A DNA stretch of 39,001 nt from Myxococcales bacterium (GTDB lineage Bacteria > Myxococcota_A > Polyangia > Polyangiales > Polyangiaceae). Shown one piece after another: positions 28,240 to 37,958 of this stretch; position 1 is the stretch's first letter, and each line of letters opens with the position of its first letter. The notes under the pieces are model-generated. The model was not told where the DNA came from. It ran no database searches and worked only from the letters and a program-made list of their open reading frames with translations. Made by a program: the position numbers and the translations under genes. Location: positions 1 to 39,001 of the forward strand of contig JAYTOU010000065.1 in the NCBI GenBank assembly GCA_043747615.1, given 5' to 3'.

Positions 28240-28685
28240 GACTCGATCAATACGAGGCCGGACGCGCGTTCGGCCTCGACGTCGAGATTCGGCGTGCTGC
28301 GCCGGCCGCGGACAATCGCCCAGCGGACGGCGTTGGTCATTGCGCGCGCGGCAGCCACGGCGGCAGTGACGCTCGGAAAAACCCAGGAGAGCGTTCCGGG
28401 CTGGACGTTGTGCCATCCGTAGACGACGAGCGTCACTTGATCGACGAGCTCCTTCGCCTTCGCGTCTGCAAGTTGGACGAGGGGATCCACTTCCGCGGCC
28501 GCGATGAAAACCCCGGACTCGACCGGCTTCGGGACTACGTCGGTCACGTCTGCCTTTTGCCCTGCTGACTTCGTCACGCGATCACCCGAGCGGAGCAACC
28601 GCGCATCCGAGTCCTTCATTCCCACCTTCCGATGCGTCGGATGCGCATCGCGGGTTGAGAAGAGAAGGCGGGAAAGACGGCGCAT
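28236..28685 (-). CDS. Hypothetical protein
   Basis: GC3-biased C-terminal region ('VTLVVYGWHNVQPGTLSWVFPS...RWAIV'); start uncertain (28685 or 28619); 4-nt overlap with the thiolase stop. Confidence 0.55.
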   Translation of the reverse strand: MRRLSRLLFSTRDAHPTHRKVGMKDSDARLLRSGDRVTKSAGQKADVTDVVPKPVESGVFIAAAEVDPLVQLADAKAKELVDQVTLVVYGWHNVQPGTLSWVFPSVTAAVAAARAMTNAVRWAIVRGRRSTPNLDVEAERASGLVLIES

Positions 28686-28907
28686 GACGGATTCGTCCTT
28701 TATCTCGTGTAGGGGCGCCGACGTAAATACTAATTGAGCCTTGGCGCACCGTGTCAAAGTGCGGCCGCGCTGCAACGCGGTGCGTGATCTCGGAATCGAG
28801 CGCGTCAACGCGGTAAGCTGCGGCACGTGCCGGCCCTTACGTACAAGCGCAAGTCGTGGCGGCCGTCGCGGGGTGGGTCGGTGCCGCCCGTCCCGAGCCT
28901 CTATCCG

Positions 28908-30368
28908 ATGGTGGGTCTCCGCTTTCGGCGTGCGTGGCCGCTCCTGCCGCTCGCCCCCGCGGTGGTGGTGATCGTGGGGCTCGCGGTGGCCTTTGCGATC
29001 GGGATGGTGGGCGTCGATCAGCTCTCGCGCGCGAGTGACGGGCAGGCGGCAGCGCAAGCGGAGCTACTTGCGGGGACGGTAGCGGCGCGCCTGCAGCAGC
29101 TCACGCCTTCCGGTCGCCTCGAAGCCATTCAGCTCGCGGCACGACGCAGCGGCGCGGAGTTTTTGGTCGTCAACCGAGACGGCGACATCGTGCAGAGCGC
29201 CACGCTCAGCCTCCCCGAACGAGCCACGCTTCGCCGCGTGATTCGGATCAGCCGTGGCGAGGCGAAGACCGCCGTGGGCCGCACGCGCTTTGCCTTGAAG
29301 CCGATTGGCGATGTCCCGGCGTCGTATTCGGTGGTGGCGTTCGTGCGCGCGCCGAGCTCTCCGGAAGCCGAAGGAGCCTTGATTTCCGCGCTGGTCGCGC
29401 TCACCACGCTTCTCGTCGCGGTCGCCGCCACGTTTGCCTATGCCGTCGGACGCGACGCGAATCAGGACGTGGAGTTCGTCACCCAACGGGTGCGCGGAAT
29501 GGGTCACGTGCGCACGCAGCCGACCGGCGAGTCCGTGCCGCTCCGCACGATGGACGAAGTCGGCATGCTCACGAGCGCCTTCAACGAGCTCGTCAACCGA
29601 TTCGCTGAGGAAGAGAGGACCTACCGCATCAACCTCGAGCGCGCCCACGCGGCCGATCGCGATCGTGCGGCGTTCCTTGCAGCGGTGAGCCACGAGCTCC
29701 GGAGCCCCCTCAATGCCATCCTCGGCTTCGCCGACGTGCTCATGGAGGAAGTAGACGGCCCGCTCACGACGGATGCCCGCGAAGAGGTCGAGCAAATCCG
29801 CGCATCCGGGGCGCACCTGCTCGATCTCATCAACGACATTCTCGAGTTCTCCGCGCTCGAAGGAGGCCAGCTCAAGCTTTCACTCACCCGAGTCGATCTC
29901 ACCGCCGTGGCTTCGGAGGTCTTGCGCGAGGCGGCGGGTGTCCTACAGGGGCGGCCCATAGACGCGCGGATCGCCGGAGAATCAGGGGTGATCGTCGAAG
30001 CGGACCCCAAACGTGTTCGCCAGATCCTGACGAACATCGTCGGCAACGCCATCAAGTTCACCCAGAAGGGCGAGGTGGTGGTCAGCGTCTCGCGTCAAGG
30101 CGCCTACGCAAACTTGAGCGTGAGTGACACCGGTCCGGGGATCAACGCCACCGAGCGCGCCGTCATCTTCGAGGACTACAAGCAGACGAACGAAGAGCAG
30201 CGCATGAAGCGCGGAACGGGCCTTGGCCTGGCCATCGCTCGCCGCCTCGTCCTCATGCACGGAGGAGCCATCGAGGTCGAGAGCGAGGTCGGACGCGGCT
30301 CGACATTCACCGTCCTTCTTCCGATCCAGCACAACACGAATCGCTCCGGAACCTCGCGCAGCGTATGA
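28908..30368 (+). CDS. Membrane sensor histidine kinase (2 TM, HAMP-like, HisKA, HATPase_c)
   Basis: H-box 'SHELRSPLN', N-box 'NIVGNAIKF', G1 'DTGPG', G2 'GTGLGL'. Confidence 0.93.
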   Translation: MVGLRFRRAWPLLPLAPAVVVIVGLAVAFAIGMVGVDQLSRASDGQAAAQAELLAGTVAARLQQLTPSGRLEAIQLAARRSGAEFLVVNRDGDIVQSATLSLPERATLRRVIRISRGEAKTAVGRTRFALKPIGDVPASYSVVAFVRAPSSPEAEGALISALVALTTLLVAVAATFAYAVGRDANQDVEFVTQRVRGMGHVRTQPTGESVPLRTMDEVGMLTSAFNELVNRFAEEERTYRINLERAHAADRDRAAFLAAVSHELRSPLNAILGFADVLMEEVDGPLTTDAREEVEQIRASGAHLLDLINDILEFSALEGGQLKLSLTRVDLTAVASEVLREAAGVLQGRPIDARIAGESGVIVEADPKRVRQILTNIVGNAIKFTQKGEVVVSVSRQGAYANLSVSDTGPGINATERAVIFEDYKQTNEEQRMKRGTGLGLAIARRLVLMHGGAIEVESEVGRGSTFTVLLPIQHNTNRSGTSRSV

Positions 30369-32260
30369 GGCCCTACGCCGTTTGGCTCGTGGCGCGGCTC
30401 CTCGTGATCCAGTTCGCGGTGGGGATCGTCATCGATTTTCTCATCGCTTCCTTCGCTCCGCGACTACTGCTTCTCCATTCCGAGGCGCTCGACGCGACTC
30501 TCCCCACGGCGCTCTGGGTGGCGCTGGCGAGCGTGGCCTTCGGAGCGGTCGCCACGACCCTGATGAGCAGGAAGATCAAGCCCACGCTCCGGGCGCTCGA
30601 TGAAGGATCGGACGCCGTAGCTCCGCGCGATCTGCTTCTCATGTACGCGCTCCCCGCCCGCATTGCGTTCACCCAGGTGGTCATCGCATTTGCGTGCTCG
30701 ATGGGCACGATCCTGCCTCTTTTCAGGCCCGCCACGAACGATCTCTACACTCAGGTCGCCCTCGTTCTCCTGATGCTGATCATGGTGAGCGCAGGGGCGG
30801 TGCCGCTTTACGTGATGATGCGAGCCTCAGTGGCGCGGGTCATCGAGCTTGCGCCGAGTACGGTCGCGCACGAAGCGATCACTCTCCTTCGGTCGACCCA
30901 GTACGAGCCCCGCGTGCGCACCCGGTTTCTCGCCGCGGTCACCGCTCCGGTAGGCTTCGTCGCGCTCGCGGCCTCGCTCCTGGTGTACGCCCACACCCGG
31001 GCCTTCGACATTCAGGCCCGTGAAAAAGCCGCGCACACGGTGGCGACGGCCACCTTCGATCTGGTGCGGGGCTCGACCGTCGGTCGCGAACAAGCGATCG
31101 CCGCGGCAGAGCGCCAGGGCTTTCGGACGGAAATCTCAGAAGGCACGCTCCCGTTCGCCAGCGTCCAATCCGACGACCTGGAGACGGCGCTCACCGTGCC
31201 GCTCGATGGCGCTCACGCCGTGGTGCACTTCGAGACGACCAGGCTCAACCCGATCACCAGCGTCTACATTCTGCTCGCGGTCATCGCCAGCACCATCGCG
31301 GGAATCCTCGGCTCGCGCATAGGCGCCCTCTTCTCCGAGGACGTCGCCCTCGCGCGGCATGGCGTCCGCGCCACCGGTGTGGCCGACGTGATCCGAGGCA
31401 CGCGCATCCTTCGCGAAGCGCGCTTCCAATCGGTGAGCGCGCTCATGAATTCGATCGACGACCTCGGTGGAGTCTTCCGCGAGTTCGCCTCCGCACAGCA
31501 AAAAGCCATCGACGCGCGCGAGGCCACCGAACGCATGCGGGGCTTGTTTTTGGCCTCGATGAGCCACGATCTCAAGGCCCCGCTCAACTCGATCCTCGGC
31601 TTCACCGAGATCGTCTCCCACAGCCCGCTCTCTGCTGCGCAGAAGGAGAGCTTGGCCATCGTCGAGCAGCGCGGGCGAGAGCTCCTGGTTCTCATTCAGA
31701 CCATTCTCGACTCGGCGCGCGCCGAAGCGGGTGCGCTCGAAGTGCATCGCGATTGGTCGATGGTGAGAGACGTGGTCATGAGCGCCGTCCTCGACGCACG
31801 CGATCTTGCGGTGGTGACCGAGGTCCAAGTGGACGGCGAAGTGGATCCCGAGCTGCCGAAGATTTACATCGACCCAGAGCGCATCGTGCAAGCGCTCACC
31901 GCCGTGATTAGCAGCGCTGTTCGCTTCACCGACAAGGGCGGCGTGCACGTCCGCGCCACGCTTCCGGTCGATGGCCCGCGGCTTCTCGTGGCCGTCGAGA
32001 CCAGCGGGCGCGGTCTGCCGGTGGAGGAGCGCGACAAGATTTTTGAAGCCTTCAAATACGCAGACAAGGCGCGGCTTCACGGGAGCCTCGGGCTCGGCCT
32101 CGCGCTCGCGCGGCACATCATTGAGATTCACGGCGGAACGATCGAGGTCGACACGAGCGAGCAGGGCGGGCTCGCTTTTCGGGTGTGGCTGCCGACGACG
32201 GAGATGACTGCGTCGCGCCTCCGCCACGGATGGCTCTCGAGTCGAGCGTCGGAAGGCTAG
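30365..32260 (+). CDS. Multi-TM sensor histidine-kinase-like protein with degenerate ATP-binding boxes
   Basis: H-box 'SHDLKAPLN' intact; N-box reads 'AVISSAVRF', G1 reads 'ETSGRG'; ATGA overlap with the upstream kinase. Confidence 0.88.
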   Translation: MRPYAVWLVARLLVIQFAVGIVIDFLIASFAPRLLLLHSEALDATLPTALWVALASVAFGAVATTLMSRKIKPTLRALDEGSDAVAPRDLLLMYALPARIAFTQVVIAFACSMGTILPLFRPATNDLYTQVALVLLMLIMVSAGAVPLYVMMRASVARVIELAPSTVAHEAITLLRSTQYEPRVRTRFLAAVTAPVGFVALAASLLVYAHTRAFDIQAREKAAHTVATATFDLVRGSTVGREQAIAAAERQGFRTEISEGTLPFASVQSDDLETALTVPLDGAHAVVHFETTRLNPITSVYILLAVIASTIAGILGSRIGALFSEDVALARHGVRATGVADVIRGTRILREARFQSVSALMNSIDDLGGVFREFASAQQKAIDAREATERMRGLFLASMSHDLKAPLNSILGFTEIVSHSPLSAAQKESLAIVEQRGRELLVLIQTILDSARAEAGALEVHRDWSMVRDVVMSAVLDARDLAVVTEVQVDGEVDPELPKIYIDPERIVQALTAVISSAVRFTDKGGVHVRATLPVDGPRLLVAVETSGRGLPVEERDKIFEAFKYADKARLHGSLGLGLALARHIIEIHGGTIEVDTSEQGGLAFRVWLPTTEMTASRLRHGWLSSRASEG

Positions 32261-33543
32261 AGCCCGAGAAGCTTTCGAGCGATCGTCGGGTCCGCAACGG
32301 TTCGACCGATGGACCGCGCGTACGTCGCGGCGCGAAGAGCGAGCGGCGCGCTGCCCTCGGCGAGAACGCCCTTGGTGAGATAAATATTGTCTTCCAGCCC
32401 CACGCGCGCGTGCCCGCCGAGTCGCATGGCGAGCTCCGTCATCGGAAGCTGGAATCTGCCAACGGCCGCGACGCCCCACGTGGCTCCCTCGGGAATCATG
32501 GCTTCCAAGTAGTGGACGTGCTCCGCGCGCGCGGCGAGCGCACCGGTGATTCCGAGGACGAACTGAAAATGCAGCGGCGACGAAATGGCCCCTTCGGCGT
32601 GGAGCGCGATGGCCTCCTCGACGTGCCCGACCTCGTAACACTCGAGCTCGGCGATGCTCCCCGCAGCGCGAATGCGCGCGGCCATGTCGCGAATCTCGGA
32701 GCGCGTGTTGATGAAGACGTCGTCGCCGAAGTTGACCGAGCCGCAGTTGAGCGTGGCCATCTCCGGCCTGCATTTCAGGGGCTGTGCGCGCTCTTCGATC
32801 GACATGCCGATGGCCCCGCCGGTGGACGTTTGCACGATGCAGTCCGTCTTCGTGCGAATGAGGGCGATGGCTTCGGCGAAGCGGTCGGCCGACTGGGTGG
32901 GCGAGCCGTCGTCGTTGCGAACGTGGAGATGGATCACCGCGACGCCCGCTTCTCTGCAGCGCGCCGCTTCGTCCGCGATCTCCATTGCCGTGATCGGAAG
33001 GTGCGGCGTGTGCGCGCGCGTAACCTCTGCGCCGACAATAGCCGCCGTGATGATCACGTCTCCCAGATCGGTGGAGACGGGGGTGACGATCGAGCCTGCG
33101 TCGCCCGGTGAAGGGCCCACCGGCAGCGCGGGCATGTAGAGCTCGCGGGGCCTTCGCTGGAGCGCTTTTGGCGTAACGCACGTGCCGACCGCTTTGCAGA
33201 CAACGACCGGATCTTCGAGGATGTCGGCGGCGCTCGGCGGGGTGCCCGGGCCGCGCACGTTCGTGATCACCTTGCGCGCCTCGAAGCGAATCTGCCGGCT
33301 GGTCGCGCCTACTCGAATGAGCTCGGCGGTCGCCTCGATGTAGTCGCCCGCGAACACCGGCGCGAGGAACTCGACCGACTCGTACGCGCGAAAGAGCCCC
33401 TCGTCGCCGTCGAGCCGAATGAGGAGCTCGGTCGCCAGATCGCCGAAGAGAGCGAGCATGCGAGCGCCGTCGACGAGCTCGCCCGCGTAGTGCGCGTCGT
33501 GCGCCGACATCCGAAGGCGTAAGGAGACTCTCGTGCCGACCAT
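32257..33543 (-). CDS. Fusion of 3-aminobutyryl-CoA ammonia-lyase (Kal, hotdog) and 3-keto-5-aminohexanoate cleavage enzyme (Kce/BKACE)
   Basis: N-part '[16 protein letters not shown]...[17 protein letters not shown]'; C-part '[10 protein letters not shown]', 'IHLHVR', 'STGG', 'RVGLEDN'; one continuous ORF. Confidence 0.9.
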   Translation of the reverse strand: MVGTRVSLRLRMSAHDAHYAGELVDGARMLALFGDLATELLIRLDGDEGLFRAYESVEFLAPVFAGDYIEATAELIRVGATSRQIRFEARKVITNVRGPGTPPSAADILEDPVVVCKAVGTCVTPKALQRRPRELYMPALPVGPSPGDAGSIVTPVSTDLGDVIITAAIVGAEVTRAHTPHLPITAMEIADEAARCREAGVAVIHLHVRNDDGSPTQSADRFAEAIALIRTKTDCIVQTSTGGAIGMSIEERAQPLKCRPEMATLNCGSVNFGDDVFINTRSEIRDMAARIRAAGSIAELECYEVGHVEEAIALHAEGAISSPLHFQFVLGITGALAARAEHVHYLEAMIPEGATWGVAAVGRFQLPMTELAMRLGGHARVGLEDNIYLTKGVLAEGSAPLALRAATYARSIGRTVADPTIARKLLGL

Positions 33544-33629
33544 GGCAATCTTCGTAGCACGGTCGAAGGCTGGAATAACGCCTCATTGCCGACGCGTTTG
33601 GAGCATGATAACCGCAAGGCGCTAACCCC

Positions 33630-34415
33630 ATGAGTCTCGTAGAAGCTCGAAATCTCCCGTCCCACGTCGGCATCATCATGGATGGCAACGGTCGCTGGGC
33701 GCAGCAGCGCGGCTTGCCCCGCGCCAATGGTCACCGCGAAGGCTCCCAGGCCGTTCGCCGGACCGTCCGTGCCGCCCGCCGTCTTGGCCTCAAAGCGCTC
33801 ACCCTTTACGCCTTCAGCGAGCAAAACTGGGCGCGCCCGGAGGAGGAGGTCGACGCTCTCATGGAGTTGCTTCGCGAATTTCTTCTCACCGAGCGCGACG
33901 AGATTCTCGACAACGGCATTCGCCTCAACGCCATCGGCAACCTCGGGCGGCTGCCCGGCCTCGTTCGGGCGATCCTCGATCCCCTGCGAAACGAGAGCAA
34001 AGACAACGGCGAGATGACCCTCACCTTGGCCCTCAGCTACGGCGGCCGCGAAGAGATCGCCAACGCCGCGCGCGAGCTGGCGAGGGCCGTCGCTGCTGGA
34101 AAAATCAGCCCCGAAGACGTCACCACCGAGTCCTTGCGCGGCCTCATGCCGAGCCTCTCCGTGGGAGATCCGGATCTCGTCATTCGCACCGGCGGCGAGC
34201 GGCGCATCTCGAATTTTTTGCTGTATGGGCTCGCGTACGCGGAGCTTTATTTCGCGGACGCCCTCTGGCCGGATTTCGGAGCCGACGATCTGCACACGGC
34301 GATTGCCAGCTTTCAGTCGCGCGATCGCCGCTTCGGATTGGTTACGTCACCGGACGCGAGCGCAGCACCCACGGGCGACGAGAAGCTCGCCACGATCACG
34401 CGCATCGCCATCTGA
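33630..34415 (+). CDS. uppS: Undecaprenyl/polyprenyl diphosphate synthase
   Basis: 'HVGIIMDGNGRWA', 'YAFSEQNWARP', 'YGGREEI', 'DLVIRTGGERRISNFLL'. Confidence 0.96.
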   Translation: MSLVEARNLPSHVGIIMDGNGRWAQQRGLPRANGHREGSQAVRRTVRAARRLGLKALTLYAFSEQNWARPEEEVDALMELLREFLLTERDEILDNGIRLNAIGNLGRLPGLVRAILDPLRNESKDNGEMTLTLALSYGGREEIANAARELARAVAAGKISPEDVTTESLRGLMPSLSVGDPDLVIRTGGERRISNFLLYGLAYAELYFADALWPDFGADDLHTAIASFQSRDRRFGLVTSPDASAAPTGDEKLATITRIAI

Positions 34416-34471
34416 GCCTCGAGCGGGCGGCAGGGCTGCGGCCGGAGGGAGCGCAGTGCTAACCTCTTTAC

Positions 34472-35035
34472 ATGACCGCGAAGCCTGCGCCTCGCCGAGC
34501 CACGTACGTAGATCTCGAGGCGCTCGCGCCGAACCTCGTCGGTGAGATCGTCGACGGCGTCCTTCATGCGCATCCCCGCCCGGCCTCGCCACACGCGATC
34601 GCCGCGAGCGCCATTGGTGAAGAGCTCGGGCCGCCCTTCAAACGAGGCCGCGGCGGGCCTGGTGGGTGGATGATCCTCGACGAGCCCGAGCTTCACCTGG
34701 GCGAGGACGTGCTCGTCCCGGATCTGGGCGGCTGGCGTCGCGAACGCATGCCCGAAGTGCCGGACGTCGCCGCATTCACGTTGGCCCCCGACTGGATCTG
34801 CGAGGCGCTCTCTCGCTCGACGGCGGCCTTCGATCGCGGAGAGAAGGTCCCGATCTACGCGCGCGAACGCGTGGGCCACGTGTGGCTCGTCGATGCGCTC
34901 GCCCGCACGCTCGAGATCTTGCGCCTCGACGGAGGGAGCTATCGTCTCGTGACGACGTTCCACGGTGACGCCAAGGTCCGCGCGGAGCCCTTCGATGCAA
35001 TCGAGCTCGACCTCGCGATCCTTTGGGCGCGCTGA
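34472..35035 (+). CDS. Uma2 (DUF820) family putative endonuclease
   Basis: 'GEIVDG...PRP...H', 'EPEL..LVPDLGGW', 'PDWICEALS.ST...DR..K..IY','WLVD'. Confidence 0.92.
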   Translation: MTAKPAPRRATYVDLEALAPNLVGEIVDGVLHAHPRPASPHAIAASAIGEELGPPFKRGRGGPGGWMILDEPELHLGEDVLVPDLGGWRRERMPEVPDVAAFTLAPDWICEALSRSTAAFDRGEKVPIYARERVGHVWLVDALARTLEILRLDGGSYRLVTTFHGDAKVRAEPFDAIELDLAILWAR

Positions 35036-35049
35036 GCGGGGCCACCCCC

Positions 35050-35497
35050 ACCGCCCGCTTCGACTCCTGATGCACATCCGCTTCGTCGAGGTTCTTCTTT
35101 GCGTCGTCGAGGAAGCGCGTCGCCTTCTTGCCCCCGAAGTGCGGCTTGAGCGCGGCTTCGAGGAGAAGGACGCTCGGTCGCACCTTGGTGAGGTACGCGG
35201 AGATCTTCGGTGTCGAGCGACCGAGCTTTCCGTCGTCGAACGACGCGAGGCTCACGCCGGCGATCTTCGCGCCGCGCAGGACGACGGGGAGCGCGCCACG
35301 CAAGCGACGGATGAACGATTTCGCTTCCGCGACGGCGTCGTGCTCGGTGGCCGTGGCGCTCGTTGCGTGTCCGCGCGCTTCGGCTTGCGTCGAGAGCGTG
35401 GCCTCGAGGGCGACGACGCTCGTTGGCGAGCGCGCTCGTTTTCGCCGCCGGCCATCCGAACTCCTCGAGCTCGGTCGCGTGATCTTTTCCGAGCTGC
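35050..35497 (-). pseudogene. Frameshifted internal fragment of a helical hypothetical protein
   Basis: Minus strand reads ...KDHATELEEFGWPAAKTSALA; removing one A at about 35423 continues TSVVALEATLST...IRRLRGALPVVLR...LDEADVHQESKR with GC3 bias. No credible own start or stop. Confidence 0.6.
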
Positions 35498-35503
35498 GAT
35501 GGG

Positions 35504-35680
35504 ATGGGCTGGTTCGTCACGGCCGAGCCGGGAGAGGTATTCTTCGAGCCCCTGTGGGTCGACGACACCGAAGTTTGGTTGGTCACCGGGAAGAAGTCAG
35601 CCTTCAGCCCGAGCGCCTCCGGCATCATGCGCCTCACGCGCGCATCGCTCGGCGCCCCCACCGTTCCCCGCGGGTTCTGA
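35504..35680 (+). pseudogene. Probable 3' remnant of another gene (58 aa: MGWFVTAEPGEVFFEPLWVDDTEVWLVTG...LGAPTVPRGF)
   Basis: Strong GC3 bias and protein-like composition ending at TGA 35678-35680; below the ORF-track cutoff; abuts the minus-strand remnant. Confidence 0.5.
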
Positions 35681-35781
35681 GCCCAAACGACATTCGCGCT
35701 TCTGCGATTCGCGCACCCCGCCTAAGGTGTTCCCGTGAACCGCCGTCGAGAACGTACGCACGTCGAAGGGGTCGAGCGAAG

Positions 35782-36585
35782 ATGAAGTCGAACCTCGCCG
35801 TACGCCTCTTGACCGCGTTGGTCGGCGCTCCGCTCATCCTCGCGCTTCTCTATTTCGGCCCCCCCGTCGGCTTCTTCGCGCTCGTCCTCGTCGTCGGTCT
35901 GATCGGCACGTGGGAATTTTTCTCGATGACGCATCCGGGCGATCTGCCGGCGAAGGTCGTCGGGCTTCTCCTCTCCGCGGCCGCGGCGTGCGCGTTTTTC
36001 TTTGGCGGGCATCGGGTCATGGCGACGGTGCTCATCGTCATTCCGCTGATGGGCCCGCTCGTCACGTTGTGGCGCCTCGGAGATATTTCGACGGCGGCGC
36101 TTCGGGCCACGGCCATGAGCTTCGGGCCGCTCTTCGTGGGCATTCCGCTCACCCTCCTCGCCGTCATGCGGCGCGACGATGGACCGGGCTACGTGGTCAT
36201 CGCCATCATGTTCGCGTGGTTCGCCGACACGGGCGGTTACTTCGCCGGACGTTTTCTAGGGAAAAATAAGCTCTACGAGGCGGTCTCGCCGAAGAAGACG
36301 GTCGAAGGCGCGGTCGGTGGCCTCGCAGGTGCGGTCTTCGGAGCCGTGCTCGCGAGCCTCTGGTTCTTGCCCGCGCTGCCTCTGTCGCACTCCGTGCCGC
36401 TCGCCCTCGTGGCGGGAGCGTTGGGGCAAGCGGGGGATCTCGGCGAATCGCTCATCAAGCGATCCATGGGAGTCAAGGACTCCGGCGCCATCGTCCCCGG
36501 TCACGGCGGGATCCTCGATCGCGTGGACGCCCTGATTTACACGGCCTCGGCGGTCTATCTTTACACGCTCTGGATTGCGACCTAA
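35782..36585 (+). CDS. cdsA: Phosphatidate cytidylyltransferase
   Basis: 'DTGGYFAGR', 'SPKKTVEG', 'GDLGESLIKR...KDSG..VPGHGGILDRVD'; start at MKSNLAVR. Confidence 0.96.
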   Translation: MKSNLAVRLLTALVGAPLILALLYFGPPVGFFALVLVVGLIGTWEFFSMTHPGDLPAKVVGLLLSAAAACAFFFGGHRVMATVLIVIPLMGPLVTLWRLGDISTAALRATAMSFGPLFVGIPLTLLAVMRRDDGPGYVVIAIMFAWFADTGGYFAGRFLGKNKLYEAVSPKKTVEGAVGGLAGAVFGAVLASLWFLPALPLSHSVPLALVAGALGQAGDLGESLIKRSMGVKDSGAIVPGHGGILDRVDALIYTASAVYLYTLWIAT

Positions 36586-36600
36586 AAACCGAGAACCAGA

Positions 36601-37944
36601 ATGAACGATAAGATCCCCGCAGCGCCCCACTCCGAGAGCCAGATTCCGGTGCCGCCGCCGTCGCGTCAGTCGATGACGCAGCTCCCCAAGGACTACGACT
36701 TTTTCAGAGTCGTTCAGGACTACCTCGACGTCGCGTCGCGGGTCGTGAACCTCGAGCCGTACGTGCAGACCATTCTGTCGCAGCCGAAGAACGAGATCAT
36801 CGTCAACTTCCCGGTGCGGATGGATGACGGCAACGTGCGCCTCTTCAAGGGCTACCGCGTGCAGCACAACAACCTCCTCGGCCCGTTCAAGGGCGGAATG
36901 CGCTACCACCCGAACGTCTCCCTCGACGACGTGAAGGCGCTCGCGGCGATGATGACCTGGAAGAGCGCGCTCATGCGCCTCCCGTTCGGCGGCGGCAAAG
37001 GCGGGATCAAGTTCGACCCCACCAGCGTGTCGCGGCACGAGCTCCAGAAGATCACGCGGCGATTCACCCACGCGCTCGGCGGAAATATCGGCCCCGACTA
37101 CGACATCCCCGCGCCCGACATGGGCACCAACGGGCAGACGATGGCCTGGATGATGGACACCTATTCCAACATGGTGGGCAGCTACCAGAAGCAGAGCGTG
37201 AAGGGCGTCGTCACCGGAAAGCCGGTCGCCAGCGGCGGAACGCTCGGTCGCTCCAAGGCCACCGGCCAAGGGATGGTCTACTGCATCATCGAGTGGGCCA
37301 AGCAGAACAAGTTCAATCTCGAAGGCAAGACGATGACCGTCCAGGGCTTCGGGAACGTCGGCTCGAATGCTGCCGTGATCCTCTCGCGCCTCGGCGTGTC
37401 CACGATCGCCGTCGGCGATCACTCGGGTTACCTCTTCAACCCCGAAGGCTTCAACGCCCACAAGCTGCAGGACTACGTTCTTCAGCACGGATCCATCGGC
37501 GGATACCCGGGCGGAAAAGCGATCACCCGCGATGAGTTCTTCGCCACCAAGGCCGACATCTTCGCTCCGTCGGCGCTCGAAAATCAGGTGAAGGAAGCGG
37601 AGGCCAAGCTCCTCAACGTGAAGCTCGTCGTCGAGGGCGCGAACGGTCCGCTCAATCCCGCAGGCGAGAAGATCCTTCTCGAGCGCGACATCGCCATCCT
37701 TCCCGACGTCCTCGCCAACTCCGGAGGCGTCACCGTCAGCTACTACGAGTGGGTGCAGAACAAACGCTCCGAGAGCTGGACGGAAGAAGAAGTCGACGCG
37801 CGCCTCGAGAAGGCCATGATTCGCGCCTACCACGACGTCGCCGACTTCGCGCGTTTGCGAAAATGCGACATGCGCATCGCCGCGTACGGTCTGGCGCTCA
37901 ACCGCATCGACGCGGTCTACAAAGAGCGCGAGATCTTCCCCTAA
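36601..37944 (+). CDS. gdhA: Glu/Leu/Phe/Val dehydrogenase (glutamate dehydrogenase)
   Basis: 'GPFKGGMRYHP', 'PFGGGKGG', 'DIPAPD', 'QGFGNVG', 'EGANGP', 'NSGGVTVSYYEW'. Confidence 0.93.
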   Translation: MNDKIPAAPHSESQIPVPPPSRQSMTQLPKDYDFFRVVQDYLDVASRVVNLEPYVQTILSQPKNEIIVNFPVRMDDGNVRLFKGYRVQHNNLLGPFKGGMRYHPNVSLDDVKALAAMMTWKSALMRLPFGGGKGGIKFDPTSVSRHELQKITRRFTHALGGNIGPDYDIPAPDMGTNGQTMAWMMDTYSNMVGSYQKQSVKGVVTGKPVASGGTLGRSKATGQGMVYCIIEWAKQNKFNLEGKTMTVQGFGNVGSNAAVILSRLGVSTIAVGDHSGYLFNPEGFNAHKLQDYVLQHGSIGGYPGGKAITRDEFFATKADIFAPSALENQVKEAEAKLLNVKLVVEGANGPLNPAGEKILLERDIAILPDVLANSGGVTVSYYEWVQNKRSESWTEEEVDARLEKAMIRAYHDVADFARLRKCDMRIAAYGLALNRIDAVYKEREIFP

Positions 37945-37958
37945 AGACCGAAGGACCG

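Noticed and set aside
31136..33727. 863-aa minus-strand ORF
   Set aside because: Arg/Ala-rich off-frame read overlapping HK2 and Kal-Kce; typical high-GC artefact.
34419..35063. Imperfect inverted repeats flanking Uma2 (TCGAGCGGGCGG / CCGCCCGCTTCGA) as transposon ends
   Set aside because: Only about 12 GC-rich bases with an indel, no target-site duplication seen, and the right copy is within the remnant's coding frame.
35128..35781. N-terminal extension of CdsA (485-aa ORF)
   Set aside because: Crosses gene remnants and is not protein-like; the CdsA family start fits ATG 35782.
35782..36600. Absence of dxr after cdsA
   Set aside because: Unremarkable; many myxobacteria use the mevalonate pathway and the cluster is often rearranged.
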